DNA of 64,000 nucleotides from a virus (Duplodnaviria; Caudoviricetes): IMG/VR virus record IMGVR_UViG_3300029288_000081, positions 107,467 to 171,466 of that record; one strand, 5' to 3'. Shown piece by piece: positions 63,777 to 64,000 of this stretch (position 1 is its first letter; each line of letters starts with the position of its first letter). The notes under the pieces were generated by a model. It saw only the letters and a program-made list of their open reading frames with translations, ran no database searches and was not told where the DNA came from. The position numbers and the translations under genes were made by a program.

Positions 63777-64000
63777 ATGCCTCGACGCCCCCGGAACAGT
63801 CTGGACATGATGGACGACATCGTCGAGAAGGCGGTGGAGATCGCCTTCGATAAGGGGGCCGAGTTCTTCGAGCGCTCGCGGGAGCGGCAGGTGGCGCAGA
63901 TCCCCGCTGCCGCCCGCGCGCAGGTCTACATCTGCGCTGCGTGTCGCAAGGGCGCGCCGCTCGAACAGATGGAGATGGTCAACCCGCACAACTTCTCCGG
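63777..64000 (+). CDS. Hypothetical protein, truncated by right window edge
   Basis: MPRRPRNSLDMMDDIVEKAVE...YICAACRKG..., open to the end of the window. Confidence 0.55.
   Translation, partial: MPRRPRNSLDMMDDIVEKAVEIAFDKGAEFFERSRERQVAQIPAAARAQVYICAACRKGAPLEQMEMVNPHNFS

Overview
This window is a 64 kb segment of a high-GC bacteriophage or provirus with two divergent arms. I see no rRNA, tRNA or CRISPR array. The left arm (1 to ~30.5 kb, minus strand) is an early/replication region. It encodes an AEP primase that runs off the left edge, a DEDDh exonuclease, an SF2 helicase with a LAGLIDADG intein, a 5'-3' exonuclease, an SSB, a putative annealase, a MoxR AAA+ ATPase paired with an intein-containing DUF2201/VWA protein, a DUF932-like protein and many small ORFs. 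It carries about nine sigma70-type promoters, most flanked by a GTCGAAAG box. The right arm (31.7 to 64 kb, plus strand) looks like a virion module, but I recognise no HK97 capsid, portal, terminase or tail genes. It instead encodes a transglutaminase-like Cys protease, about 20 small membrane proteins, protamine-like Arg/Ser-rich proteins and three beta-rich, jelly-roll-like capsid candidates, which suggests an unusually large tailless, membrane-containing virus (inference). The strongest unexplained signal is a pair of short motifs shared by more than 20 otherwise unrelated proteins. One is (V/M/L/I)xxN followed by an Arg-rich tail, and the other is hydrophobic-x-G(L/M/F)G. The two fall on opposite sides of the transmembrane helices, and the first also marks domain junctions in multi-effector polyproteins (HicA-like / ART-like / DUF3140-like). 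I propose this is a virion cargo-tagging and proteolytic maturation system. All family assignments come from motif recognition by eye, not from database searches.
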